This document shows positions 1 to 8,685 of a stretch of 45,653 nucleotides of DNA, piece by piece. A program made the position numbers and the translations under genes. Every line of letters starts with the position of its first letter. Position 1 is the stretch's first letter. This DNA is from a virus. The notes below the pieces were generated by a model. It was given only the letters and a program-made list of their open reading frames with translations. It did no database searches and was not told the DNA's origin. The DNA lies in IMG/VR virus record IMGVR_UViG_3300044498_000033, positions 1 to 45,653 of that record; one strand, written 5' to 3'.

Positions 1-127
1 GCGCCGCGCGGCGCCACGACGCATGTTTGCGTTCGGGCGATTTCAACCGAAAACGCGAGGCGTGATAGCAGTTCTTACACAGCCCTTTCGCGACGTGCGG
101 CCTGTCCGGATGACACGTCGCTCGCTG
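1..127. repeat. Terminal direct repeat, copy 1 (base-for-base identical to 45527..45653)
   Basis: Read directly: gcgccgcgcggcgccacgacgcatgtttgc...tgacacgtcgctcgctg is present at both window ends, 127 nt. Confidence 0.97.
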
Positions 128-238
128 CGTTCTGCTCCTCTGTCGGCTCTTGACGTAGCAGACCTGACACAGCCCCCTACACCACGCCTTGCGGCCAGGA
201 TGGCAACTGGCTTGCTTGCCTTTGTTCTTGTGCTTCAT
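1..238 (-). CDS. N-terminal part of the endonuclease VII-like gene that crosses the circular junction (ATG at 238; continues through the repeat into 45270..45526; about 164 aa in total)
   Basis: Manual translation from ATG 238: MKHKNKGKQASCHPGRKAWCRGLCQVCYVKSRQRSRTQRATCHPDRPHVAKGLCKNCYHASRFRLKSPERK. It is in frame with ORF 45270..45572 and has no stops. It contains two CHPxR..GLCxxCY repeats. It overlaps the 3' end of 177..1232 by 62 nt. Confidence 0.6.
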   Translation of the reverse strand, partial: MKHKNKGKQASCHPGRKAWCRGLCQVCYVKSRQRSRTQRATCHPDRPHVAKGLCKNCYHASRFRLKSPERKHASWRRAA

Positions 239-1232
239 CTTCGCGCCACCAATGCAATCTGATGCTGGAAAGGCTGGTCACGTCGTCTCGTTGCGACATC
301 GTGACCCACCCGATTCGTTGCGGCCTGCCTGCGATGCGGGCTGAGAGTTGATACTTGTGGGTTAGGCACATGGCCCCGCTCTCCACCAGCACTTTGTCTG
401 CGCCATACGGAAACATCGCCATCGCGTGCGTGTGCGCCTGCACGAGCACCCGCCACGGGTCGAGGTTCAACGTCTGCTCAAAGTCTGAGAACCAATCCTC
501 AATCCCGCGCAGGGCTGACCCAGGCACGCGCGAGTACTTCTCCGCGTGGCTCACGATCAAATCGCCCTTCTGCATGAACCAGTTGACCGTGGTGTCGCCA
601 ATCTTGTGCTTCACCAGTTCCACGTTCCGGAACTGTGAACAGAGCGCCTCCATGCTCGACAGGTTCCCCGTCTTGCTCAGAAACCGGATGATGTCGATCG
701 CTTCATGCGGGAGACGGTCGGCCAGCAGTTTCTCGAACCGCGCCGAGTCGTGGTTGCCTTCGATGCAGTAGACGTGGGCGAACCGATGCGAGAGCTGCTC
801 CAGAATCATCTGAGCCGCCGCCAGCTCCATCGTGATCGGCACCTTCTCGTACTTCAGGAACCGGCTGATGCTGTAGTGGTCCTGCAAGTCTCCGGCGACG
901 ATGCAGGTATCGGCTTCGACCTGGCAGAGTTCGGCCAAGGCTTGCGGATGCTGGAAGGGCGCGTGGAAGTCGGAGCAGATGACGATCCGCTCGTCCGAGA
1001 ACTTCTGATGTGTCGCGGGTTCCGGCGGCGGCGTCGATTGCCCGATGTACCGGCGGTACCGCTCGAGCGCGTCATCGTAGGACTGCGGGAGCGTGTGGAC
1101 CGGGCCGGACGTCGGCACATTCGCCGGGTCCACCTTGACCGATTTGTCGTAGCAGGCGCGGCACATCTTGGCGCCGCGATACATGATCCCGCCGCAGCCG
1201 CCGGGACAGGGCTTACCGGACCGATGGCCCAT
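177..1232 (-). CDS. Calcineurin-like metallophosphoesterase (Ser/Thr-phosphatase type) with N-terminal Cys-rich ribbon
   Basis: Motifs ICSDFHAP, VAGDLQD, IEGNHD, VSHAEK and QAHTHA in canonical order; N-terminus CPGGCGG..CRACY. Confidence 0.85.
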   Translation of the reverse strand: MGHRSGKPCPGGCGGIMYRGAKMCRACYDKSVKVDPANVPTSGPVHTLPQSYDDALERYRRYIGQSTPPPEPATHQKFSDERIVICSDFHAPFQHPQALAELCQVEADTCIVAGDLQDHYSISRFLKYEKVPITMELAAAQMILEQLSHRFAHVYCIEGNHDSARFEKLLADRLPHEAIDIIRFLSKTGNLSSMEALCSQFRNVELVKHKIGDTTVNWFMQKGDLIVSHAEKYSRVPGSALRGIEDWFSDFEQTLNLDPWRVLVQAHTHAMAMFPYGADKVLVESGAMCLTHKYQLSARIAGRPQRIGWVTMSQRDDVTSLSSIRLHWWREDEAQEQRQASQLPSWPQGVV

Positions 1233-1664
1233 CTAGACCGGCACCGCGTTTTCGATCCGAATCGTCACGGGCTCCGACGCCGCCAAGGCCGCCGCAATCT
1301 TCCGTTGCAGCGCCTCACAGGCCAAGGCCGACTGCTTGATGATGCCAACCGCCCGCTCGGCGCCGCACAGAATGCAGCCTTCGGTGTCCTTGTCGGTGTT
1401 CCCCGGATGGATGCGCACGCCAGAGAACCCCGGCACGTTCACGAGCTCCGGGAGCGCCCGCCCGAACCGCACCGACTGCGTAATCCGTACCGCGTACTCG
1501 CCCGATGGAATCGCCGTCATGCCCTTCACCTTCCACGCCACGACCGGCTGGCCCGGTTGTTCCCGTACCGCGTCCTCCAAGGTCCAGCACTCATACACTT
1601 CGTTCACGCGCAAGACGCCGAGCGTGGCGGGATTCGACGGCTCACGAATCAGGCGGATGAGCAT
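1233..1664 (-). CDS. DUF5675-family protein (possible cell-wall-acting or lysis-associated protein)
   Basis: LGVLRVNEVYECWTLED..TAIPSGEY..VPGFSGVRIHPGNTDKDTEGCILCG matches the DUF5675 pattern as I recall it; abuts the small membrane-protein genes. Confidence 0.6.
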   Translation of the reverse strand: MLIRLIREPSNPATLGVLRVNEVYECWTLEDAVREQPGQPVVAWKVKGMTAIPSGEYAVRITQSVRFGRALPELVNVPGFSGVRIHPGNTDKDTEGCILCGAERAVGIIKQSALACEALQRKIAAALAASEPVTIRIENAVPV

Positions 1665-1849
1665 CAGTCCTCGGTGTCGCTGCGGCGCTGGTACGGAGTG
1701 CGGTAGCCGATGCCGCGTTCCCAGCGTCGGCCGCGATCGTCCAGCAGGAGCGGCTTCGGTTGCTCACGAACCGTGAAGGCCCACGGCGGTTTCGGCTCGG
1801 CCATGTCGTCGTCGTCCAGCCGCGGGCGCGGGCGAGGACGCGACTTCAT
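1664..1849 (-). CDS. Small Pro/Arg-rich hypothetical protein (61 aa)
   Basis: 3' part of ORF 1664..2164; ATG 1847-1849 overlaps the TGA of 1846..2142 (ATGA); its own stop overlaps the ATG of 1233..1664. Confidence 0.4.
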   Translation of the reverse strand: MKSRPRPRPRLDDDDMAEPKPPWAFTVREQPKPLLLDDRGRRWERGIGYRTPYQRRSDTED

Positions 1850-2142
1850 CGCACGGCCGTATACGCCGCCTTCAGCGCGTCCCATGCCTTCCGGACGGCC
1901 ACAATGGCGTCGATGAGCTGACTGATGGCGAGGGCAATCTGCGGCGTGGCCGCGTTCACCTTCGCCAGCACGTCCGCCTTCTTCTCCGGTCCCTTGAGCG
2001 GTTCGCTGTCGATCTGCTGGACTTCCCGGAACACCTGAATCGCTTTGCCGACCGCGGTGCCACCAGGCACAACGCCTGACGCGACCACGAGCGCCGCCGT
2101 GCCGACCTTCTTCCACGGGATCTTCTTGAACGGGTTCTTCAC
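1846..2142 (-). CDS. Small membrane protein (N-terminal TM, helical C-terminus); lysis-module candidate
   Basis: KKVGTAALVVASGVVPGGTAVG hydrophobic segment; abuts the upstream gene. Confidence 0.6.
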   Translation of the reverse strand: MKNPFKKIPWKKVGTAALVVASGVVPGGTAVGKAIQVFREVQQIDSEPLKGPEKKADVLAKVNAATPQIALAISQLIDAIVAVRKAWDALKAAYTAVR

Positions 2143-2388
2143 TCAGGCCCCCAAAATCTGCCACACCTTCGCGATGAACGACGGGATGAGCGCGAGCGCA
2201 ATCCCCTTGCCGATTTCCTTCGCCGAGCGCGTCGTGTCGAATGTGGCCTCGGGGTCGCCTAGCTTGTATTTCTTGAACGACTCCAGATCCTTCAGCACGT
2301 AGCTGCTCACCGTGCCGAAGGCGAGAATGATCTGGCTCTTCAGGAAGGGATGGGCTGCGAGCCAGTCGATGATCTGCTGCTCGGTCAC
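2143..2388 (-). CDS. Putative holin (81 aa, two hydrophobic segments)
   Basis: SQIILAFGTVSSYVL and GIALALIPSFIAKVWQILG; size and topology typical of class II holins; position just after the virion genes. Confidence 0.5.
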   Translation of the reverse strand: MTEQQIIDWLAAHPFLKSQIILAFGTVSSYVLKDLESFKKYKLGDPEATFDTTRSAKEIGKGIALALIPSFIAKVWQILGA

Positions 2389-2606
2389 AGCCGGTTCCTC
2401 ACGTCGTCAATGGAGCCTTGGAGTTTGTCAAGGCGGTTCAGATTCTCTTGGTGCCGCTCGTCGCTGCGCTTTTCGCGTTCGCGCTCGCGTTCTTCGATCG
2501 CCCCGACGCGGCGGTCCACCTTCCACACCCAACCAAACGCGGCGACCGCGAGCGCGGTGCCGGTGGCCACGACCTTCTCGGTGAGGTTGTCCATTAGGCT
2601 GTCCAT
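2385..2606 (-). CDS. Small membrane protein with charged coiled-coil tail (i-spanin-like or holin-associated)
   Basis: VVATGTALAVAAFGWVW TM followed by EEREREREKRSDERHQENL; 4-nt overlap with the next gene. Confidence 0.5.
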   Translation of the reverse strand: MDSLMDNLTEKVVATGTALAVAAFGWVWKVDRRVGAIEEREREREKRSDERHQENLNRLDKLQGSIDDVRNRL

Positions 2607-2789
2607 CCTGCGTAGAAAGTTCCCCGGCCTTGCCCATCCATCGGTAGACTGCTACGCGTGGACCTTCTATCAGGATTCGCCGTCGGGGCCGGCGTAGCCG
2701 TGGCGATGGGCGTACTGGCCGTCATCGGCAACCTCGCCCGGTCGCTGCGCCCGCTGGGCTGGCTCGTTGTGCTCGTCGTCATCGTCTGC

Positions 2790-4502
2790 CTACTTACGAA
2801 CCTGTGAGGCGGCGCCGGCCGTGATCTGCGACAGCGGCGTGAGGCCGCGCATCGCCAGGTCCGCCGTGTTCACCATGTAATTGGCCGCCTGCCCGGACTT
2901 CAGCAGCCGGTTCGCCAGCGAGAGCCCAATCGACCCGGTCGAGATCCCGATCATGTCGCCCAGGTTGATCACGTTCTGCCGTTCATCGATGGGAATCCGG
3001 CGGATGACCGCGCTCTTAATGGGAATGATCTCGCCCATCGTCTGATTGAGTTGCCGGATGCGCGTCGGGCCGGCGGGGATCGCCCCCTCAATGGCCGCGC
3101 GTAGCTTGCTATAGAAGGCGTTGGCGACCATCTCCATCGCGTTCGCTTCGGCGTCCCGCGATCCGTAGGCCCACGCGCCGAGTTCGCCCATGCCCTGCTT
3201 GATCTGATTGGCGGTCACGAGATCCGCCCGGCCGTTCTTTAGGAGTTGCGCGAGTGCCGGATCATCCAGAATGCGCTGGATGGCCGCTTCGATGTGGGCG
3301 TTCCGCCCGATGGTGCGTGATGCGTTCTTGCCGAGTTCCACGGACGCATCCGCCAGCGCCCCCAGCACGTCCACGTCCGCGCCGGGATACCGCTGCAGCT
3401 CGGCGCGGAGGCTCTGGCCGAGTTCGTCAATCTTCTTCGACGCCTTATCGAACGTCTGCTCGAGCGACCCGCCGAGCTTGTGCTTGAACACGTTCTGGAT
3501 CACGAACCCGTTTTTCGCGTCCGCGGCCGTCGGCTTAATGAGCGCGTTGGCCGCCCACTGCCCCAGCCGCGAGACACCCTTCGCCACCACGGGCGCGGCG
3601 GCAGCGAATCCGCTGGCGACCGCGCCAGTCGTCGCCGCGCCTTCTGTCGAGCCCTGCTGGGCCGTGTGAACGCCCGCGGCAGACGCGCCTTCGAGGCTGG
3701 CGCCGATGATGGCATCCAGCAAACCCTTGCCCGTCTTGACCGCCGACTTGAGTTTCGTGACGGCGCTACCGGGCGCCATGAACTCGCCGATTTGTTCGGC
3801 GGCAAATCCCACCTTCTCGCCCGTGGACTGCGGCTTTAACATTTCACGGGCGGCCGGGAACGACTGCTGCGAGAAGCCCGACGGCTGGCCGTAGATCCAA
3901 TCCGTGATCGCCGAGACTCCCGGCACCTTATGTACGAGCTGGCCGAGGCCCACCGCCGTGGACGCCACGCCCTTGACCACGCCCTTGCCGACTTCGCCCA
4001 TCGGGTGCGTCGGCGTTACCGGCTGGCCAGCCGCCGTCTGCTGCTGCGTCTCGCCTTCATACACCGCCAGCCCGGTATTCGGGTCGTAGCCGATCACTTT
4101 CTTCTGGCCTTGGCTCATGCGCTTGGCCGTAGCGGCGTCCCATCCCAACCTGACGAGATCCGCTTCTGATGCTTGAACGGTGCCGGGCGCACGCTCGCCT
4201 GTGCGCGTATTGAACCCGCCGACAATCTCGTTGGGATGCCCAGCGGCTTTGTTCAGCGATGGCCAATGCTCCCCCTGACTCGTTCGAGGCGGCACTACGC
4301 CTTGGCTGAATGCGGCTCGATAGTCGTAGAGTTGTCCGGGTGCATCCGGATCGGGGTTCATGCGCTCGCGCGTGGCCCATTCGGCGTACCACTTCCGGAA
4401 CGCCGCCTCGTCAAACGCCTGCTCCGGCCCGCCTGCGCGCACAGGACGGCCACCCGTGATCAGGTCTGAAAGCGTGCGGGAGCTGACCTTGTCCTGCGCC
4501 AT
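2790..4502 (-). CDS. Internal virion / ejection-type structural protein (570 aa from ATG 4502)
   Basis: TAATG overlap with the upstream stop at 4502; N-terminal YDYRAAF..GEHWPS.NK..GHPNE motif as seen in podoviral virion proteins; Ala/Gly-rich helical remainder. Confidence 0.55.
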   Translation of the reverse strand: MAQDKVSSRTLSDLITGGRPVRAGGPEQAFDEAAFRKWYAEWATRERMNPDPDAPGQLYDYRAAFSQGVVPPRTSQGEHWPSLNKAAGHPNEIVGGFNTRTGERAPGTVQASEADLVRLGWDAATAKRMSQGQKKVIGYDPNTGLAVYEGETQQQTAAGQPVTPTHPMGEVGKGVVKGVASTAVGLGQLVHKVPGVSAITDWIYGQPSGFSQQSFPAAREMLKPQSTGEKVGFAAEQIGEFMAPGSAVTKLKSAVKTGKGLLDAIIGASLEGASAAGVHTAQQGSTEGAATTGAVASGFAAAAPVVAKGVSRLGQWAANALIKPTAADAKNGFVIQNVFKHKLGGSLEQTFDKASKKIDELGQSLRAELQRYPGADVDVLGALADASVELGKNASRTIGRNAHIEAAIQRILDDPALAQLLKNGRADLVTANQIKQGMGELGAWAYGSRDAEANAMEMVANAFYSKLRAAIEGAIPAGPTRIRQLNQTMGEIIPIKSAVIRRIPIDERQNVINLGDMIGISTGSIGLSLANRLLKSGQAANYMVNTADLAMRGLTPLSQITAGAASQVRK

Positions 4503-5944
4503 TACTTCTTCACCCAGGCTGAGCCGTTCCACTTCCACGTCCCAGTCTGATCGGGCGGCGCGGTCTGGATGAGACTCGGCGCCGCCTCCGGGAACCCGCC
4601 CGCGTAGTCGGTCAGGTAGTCCGCGCCGTCGTTCCTGCCCGTGATCTTATTGATCATGCGCGCGTACTCACCGGCAATTTGGTCGTACTGCTTCCGGCTG
4701 GAGGCGTAGCGTTTCAGGATCGTGGCCTTCAGCCCCTCTCGGGCTTCCTGCGTCAAGAACCCGGAGGCGTCGAACACGCGCCGCACGGAGAACCCCACGC
4801 GGGACATGACCGCCTGCGCGTAGTTCTGGACCGTGGCGTACTCAGATTCGCGCACCACGCTATTCGGGTCCATCACCTTCGCGAAGGCGTAGATGAGCGC
4901 CTGATCGTCGGCCGGACTGTTCGTGTTGTTCGGGAGGCTGTTGACGAAGTGAACCTGTTTCGCCAGCTCTTGTGTTTCCTTGACAACGGTCTCTGTGCCG
5001 AAAGCGCGAGACTTCGCCTGCACGGCCGAATCCACGCGCGGCGGGAGTCCGCTTGGCGTCGGCTGCTGCGAAGCCGTCGGTCGATCGTCCGCCTGCCCCC
5101 ACGCCTTGCGGGCGGCGATCTCGTCGGCTGATGTCAAATCCTCAACCGTCTTGCCGATTCCCTTCGCATACCGCGCGAGGAAGTCGCCGTAGTCAGTGCG
5201 GGCCTCCGGCTTGACCGGCTTCGGCACCGGATAGACCGGCGCCCCGCTCGGATCGCTCACGGCTGTGCCAGCCAAGACTTCCAAGTCCTTCAGCGCCGTC
5301 TGCTGCCCGTTGAATGAGACCGTGGCGCCACTCGCCACGAGGCCGTCGTACTGTTCGCCGTGGCGCTCGCGGAGCGCCTTCGTGAGCGCCGCCGCCTCGG
5401 TCTTTTGCTTGGCCGTGTTCGGCGTGACCGGCATCGCCACCCACGCCTCCGGGCTGATGTCGTAGGCTTGCGCCCCGACCTTCTGCGCCATCTGGAGATA
5501 GGCCGCACGCTCCGCTTCGTTCGTGATGCTGGCCGCCTGTTGCATCGTCTCGGTGACGAACTTCGCGGCGTTCTGGGCCGTCGTCTGATCGAACTTCAGC
5601 ACATCCAGCCGGCGCGAGAACGCCGCTGTTTCGTCCTGACGCGCATCATCAGCCGCCGCCTGCATCCGCTGCTGCGCGAGTGCGCGTTCCCGCTGGGTCG
5701 ATTCGGCGTAGCCCATGAGCGCCGCGCCGGCCGCCGCTCGGCCGCCCGTCCGCCCCGCGACCGCGCCCATCACGAACGGCATCACCGCCTTAACGATCTC
5801 CGCCCAATTCGGGCCGTTCGTCGGCTGCGGCATGGCGAAGTCGCCGCCCATCGGCTGCTGGGCCGGAGCGCCAAATGTCGGGGACGGCGCAGCCGCGCCG
5901 AACATGCCGCCGAGATTCGGCGCCTGCGGCGGAACGTAGGCCAT
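4502..5944 (-). CDS. Internal virion-like structural protein (480 aa)
   Basis: Long ORF in the tail/ejection block; Gly/Ala/Pro-rich N-terminus with hydrophobic segment VMPFVMGAVAG; 1-nt stop-start overlaps on both sides. Confidence 0.5.
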   Translation of the reverse strand: MAYVPPQAPNLGGMFGAAAPSPTFGAPAQQPMGGDFAMPQPTNGPNWAEIVKAVMPFVMGAVAGRTGGRAAAGAALMGYAESTQRERALAQQRMQAAADDARQDETAAFSRRLDVLKFDQTTAQNAAKFVTETMQQAASITNEAERAAYLQMAQKVGAQAYDISPEAWVAMPVTPNTAKQKTEAAALTKALRERHGEQYDGLVASGATVSFNGQQTALKDLEVLAGTAVSDPSGAPVYPVPKPVKPEARTDYGDFLARYAKGIGKTVEDLTSADEIAARKAWGQADDRPTASQQPTPSGLPPRVDSAVQAKSRAFGTETVVKETQELAKQVHFVNSLPNNTNSPADDQALIYAFAKVMDPNSVVRESEYATVQNYAQAVMSRVGFSVRRVFDASGFLTQEAREGLKATILKRYASSRKQYDQIAGEYARMINKITGRNDGADYLTDYAGGFPEAAPSLIQTAPPDQTGTWKWNGSAWVKK

Positions 5945-6891
5945 TACGCCTGCCCTCCGCCAAAGAGCCGCGACCAGTCCATGTTCCCCATCGCCGAGCC
6001 GATGCCGCCCCAGAGCGAAGCGTTCCGCTGATCGTTGGCGTAGCCCGACTGCTGCGACTGCCCGATGAGCTGCATGAGTCCGCTCATGAGCGACTGCGGA
6101 TTCGACATCCCGCCGCCCATGTTCAGGAGATTCATCGCCTGCCCGAGCCGCCGATCCTGGAGTTCAATCGGCAGGGTCAACATCTGCAGCATCTGCCCCG
6201 CGCGCTGGTTTTCGAGGTTCGCCATCGCCTGATGAATCTGCGCCGACTGGCCCATCCGCGCGTCGTTGATCTGCTGGGTCTGCGCCGCGATCTGCTGCAT
6301 CATCTGCGTGATGTTGGCCGCCATGCCCCGCTGGCGTTCCGTCTTGGCCGCGCCTTCGATCACGAGATCGCGCTCCGCCCCGGCTCGCGCCTGGTCCGCT
6401 GACGTGTTCACCTTCGACAAGGCGTCGGCAATCGTGCCGGACTTCTGCCCGTGGCCGAGTGAGGCCAGCGTCTGCTTCGCGCGGGTGAGTCCCGTATCGC
6501 GGTTCGATTCGATGCCCGTGAACGCCGCCGCCCGTCGCGCCGCATCTTCGGTCGCCGTGAACGCCGGCTTCTGCGCGTCCTCCAAGAGCTTCCGCAGCGT
6601 CGAGTTGATTTCTTCGCCAAACGGATTCTGCCAGCCGCCCTGAAAGTATCCCGCGATGTGCTCGAGGCCCGTCGGCCCCGCGTTCTGGCGGCTGTTGATG
6701 AAGTCCATCAGATTCGACAGGTACGGGTCGTTGCCGCCGCCGAAGGACTGGCCGCTGCCAAACGACGGCATGCCAATCGGCTGCGTGTACGCCATATCGC
6801 CGCCGCCCGATTGCGCGCCCGTGACGGACGGCATCGACCCGCCCCCAGAGACGGGGTACGGGTCGCCCTGATCCTCGTTCCACCAGGCCAT
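5944..6891 (-). CDS. Gly/Gln/Met-rich virion-associated protein (315 aa)
   Basis: Low-complexity G/Q/M-rich ends with a helical Q-rich core; coupled to its neighbours. Confidence 0.5.
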   Translation of the reverse strand: MAWWNEDQGDPYPVSGGGSMPSVTGAQSGGGDMAYTQPIGMPSFGSGQSFGGGNDPYLSNLMDFINSRQNAGPTGLEHIAGYFQGGWQNPFGEEINSTLRKLLEDAQKPAFTATEDAARRAAAFTGIESNRDTGLTRAKQTLASLGHGQKSGTIADALSKVNTSADQARAGAERDLVIEGAAKTERQRGMAANITQMMQQIAAQTQQINDARMGQSAQIHQAMANLENQRAGQMLQMLTLPIELQDRRLGQAMNLLNMGGGMSNPQSLMSGLMQLIGQSQQSGYANDQRNASLWGGIGSAMGNMDWSRLFGGGQA

Positions 6892-7229
6892 TACCGGCCT
6901 CCCTGCTTCTGCTGTGGTGCCAATCCCTGAAACCAGCGCCGCGGTTCCGGCTGAGCTGGCGCTTGCGGCCGGGCCAGCATGTTCAGATCCAGCCCCGCCC
7001 AGCTCGGCAACCCGCCGCCCACCATGCGGAGGACCGCGTCATAGAGCGGCTGCATCTGCGTGTTCCGCTGTTGGGTCTGCTGAACCGACTGCTGAAAGAG
7101 CGGCATCAGTTGCGCGTAGAGATCGCGCGACTGCTTCTCGGACCACTTCTCCTGATCGCTCTTGCCGCCGCCGAAAATGGCGCCGAGACCCGAACCGATG
7201 AGTGGAGCCAATGCCATGAGCGGACCCAT
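6891..7229 (-). CDS. Small virion-module protein with glycine-zipper N-terminus
   Basis: MGPLMALAPLIGSGLGAIFGGG; coupled to the downstream gene. Confidence 0.5.
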   Translation of the reverse strand: MGPLMALAPLIGSGLGAIFGGGKSDQEKWSEKQSRDLYAQLMPLFQQSVQQTQQRNTQMQPLYDAVLRMVGGGLPSWAGLDLNMLARPQAPAQPEPRRWFQGLAPQQKQGGR

Positions 7230-7231
7230 GC

Positions 7232-7591
7232 TTACACCTCAATCCCGACGCGAATCGTCGCGCCTTCGACCGAACTTGACAGATAGATAAACTCCGCATC
7301 GGCCGCCCGCGTCACCGTGAGCGGCACGATCGACACGCCGACGGTGTCGAGCGGCAACGACTGCAGATGCAGCGCATACGGCACTCGTCCGAGCCCATGA
7401 CGAATCACGAACTCGGTGTCGGCCGTCTCGTGCGTCTCGCCTTCGAGAAAGACAATCCCGTGATTGACCGACTGCCCCGACGCCCGGCCAAAGCGGAGCC
7501 CGCCATCGAGCACGGCCCGAAAGGCCCGCGCCAGTGACCCCTGCGGGTCCATCGCGCGCACGAGCGAAGCCACGTAGGCGGAGTCGGCCAT
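7232..7591 (-). CDS. Hypothetical tail-module protein (119 aa)
   Basis: ORF track; 1-nt overlap with the tail fibre gene stop. Confidence 0.55.
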   Translation of the reverse strand: MADSAYVASLVRAMDPQGSLARAFRAVLDGGLRFGRASGQSVNHGIVFLEGETHETADTEFVIRHGLGRVPYALHLQSLPLDTVGVSIVPLTVTRAADAEFIYLSSSVEGATIRVGIEV

Positions 7592-8685
7592 CAGCTCTGG
7601 AAAATCTGCCAGCGCGAGAGCGTGGCGTTATAGACGATTTCGAGGACGTGCCCCGGAATGATCGTCGTGTTCACCGTCGAGGCCGCAAAGCGATTCGCCG
7701 CCGTGGACCCGGCGTTGTCCGCCAACAAGATCACGTTGTCGGCGGAGCTCAGGTTGCTGATGAGCAACCGTGTGCCCGCCGGTTGCGCCGTGATGCCCGT
7801 GATGTTCGAGCCGCCCGCAAACGGCGTGCAGTCAATCTGCGCCGCCGTCGAAAGCCCCGTCGGGGCGAGGTTGTTATTGTCGCCCGTGGTCAGTGACGAC
7901 GTCGCCACGGCTGTGGTCCGGAACCCGCCATCGAGCCGCGTGTTCCCGGCATCGACCCAGACCGCATAGTTGGCGCCCGTCACCGTGGCCGTCATCGGGC
8001 CTTCGACGTAGAGCGCGGCCGTGTCCGTCACAGCGCCGCCCGCTCCCGTCACGGTCGGAATGGTGATCCGCGCCCCGGCCAGGAGCGCGTGCGTGCCGCT
8101 CCCCGCCTCCACGAGTGTGCCCGCCGTGCTGATGAGCGCCCCGACCGAGTTGGCCGGGACGTTGATCGTGGGCTGCACCGCGATCCCGAGCCCCGCGCCG
8201 ACGCCGGTAAACGTGCCGCCGATGTTGAGTAGCGCCCCGGTGGAGATCGCCGCGCCAAGGCCGAGCTGCGCGAACTGCGGCGTGCCCGATGTCGAGTAGT
8301 TCTGCGAGATCGTTACGTTGCCGGTAATCGCGAGCGTGCGGCTCGCGTCACCGAGCGTGACCTTGAGCGTTCGATTCGCGGCCAGCGCCTCGTCCAGCGT
8401 GATCGTGACGTAGTTATTGCCTTCGACGGACGATGGATACTCTTTGAGGCGGACTTCGATCGCCTGCGTGATGTACGCAAAGATCGTCAGCCAGCGGAGT
8501 GAATCTGATGTGCCGAGATCGTGCGTGTCCGTCGCGGTCGGCTTCAGGTCGTGCGCCAGCCCGTTCAGCAGCGCATTCTCGACCGCCGTCACTTCGCTTT
8601 GAATGTCGTTGACGTGCGCCGCTTCGATGACGTCACTCGTCACCTTGGTGGTGAACGTCTTGACTGCGCCGGGATAGTCCGCCAT
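7591..8685 (-). CDS. Tail fibre protein
   Basis: N-terminal IEAAHVNDIQSEVTAVENAL motif common to phage tail fibres; Gly/Thr/Ala-rich beta-type repeats downstream. Confidence 0.65.
   Translation of the reverse strand: MADYPGAVKTFTTKVTSDVIEAAHVNDIQSEVTAVENALLNGLAHDLKPTATDTHDLGTSDSLRWLTIFAYITQAIEVRLKEYPSSVEGNNYVTITLDEALAANRTLKVTLGDASRTLAITGNVTISQNYSTSGTPQFAQLGLGAAISTGALLNIGGTFTGVGAGLGIAVQPTINVPANSVGALISTAGTLVEAGSGTHALLAGARITIPTVTGAGGAVTDTAALYVEGPMTATVTGANYAVWVDAGNTRLDGGFRTTAVATSSLTTGDNNNLAPTGLSTAAQIDCTPFAGGSNITGITAQPAGTRLLISNLSSADNVILLADNAGSTAANRFAASTVNTTIIPGHVLEIVYNATLSRWQIFQS

Noticed and set aside
705-1706. Long plus-strand ORFs, for example 705..1706, 5360..6031, 8521..10002, 11014..12492, 14440..15459, 15617..16423, 17503..18798 and 36271..37092
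   Set aside because: They lie antisense to minus-strand genes with recognisable motifs. Their translations are Arg/Pro/Gly/His-rich and low in complexity, as expected for shadow frames in high-GC DNA. None shows a domain signature or a stop-start coupling pattern.
1664-2164. 166-aa minus-strand ORF spanning two smaller ORFs
   Set aside because: Its 5' two-thirds overlap the better 98-aa membrane-protein frame (1846..2142) and read as Arg/Gly-rich filler. Only the 3' 61 codons, from an ATG that overlaps the upstream stop, were kept.
2607-2789. 183-nt gap after the 570-aa virion gene. It holds ORF 2594..2782 (62 aa) and also an open frame continuing in phase after the TAG at 2790-2792 (ADDDDEHNEPAQRAQRPGEVADDGQYAHRHGYAGPDGES)
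   Set aside because: Both frames have plausible GC3 but no motif, SD or coupling signal. I cannot distinguish a small gene, a stop-codon readthrough extension or non-coding spacer from sequence alone. Frame conservation in relatives would decide.
5944-6891. Gly/Gln/Met-rich 315-aa protein, or the 480- and 570-aa proteins, as a tape measure protein
   Set aside because: They are too short, and they are arranged after a nozzle-like gene and a fibre gene with no tail tube, sheath or chaperone-frameshift pair. The layout fits podovirus internal/ejection proteins better than a siphovirus tape measure.
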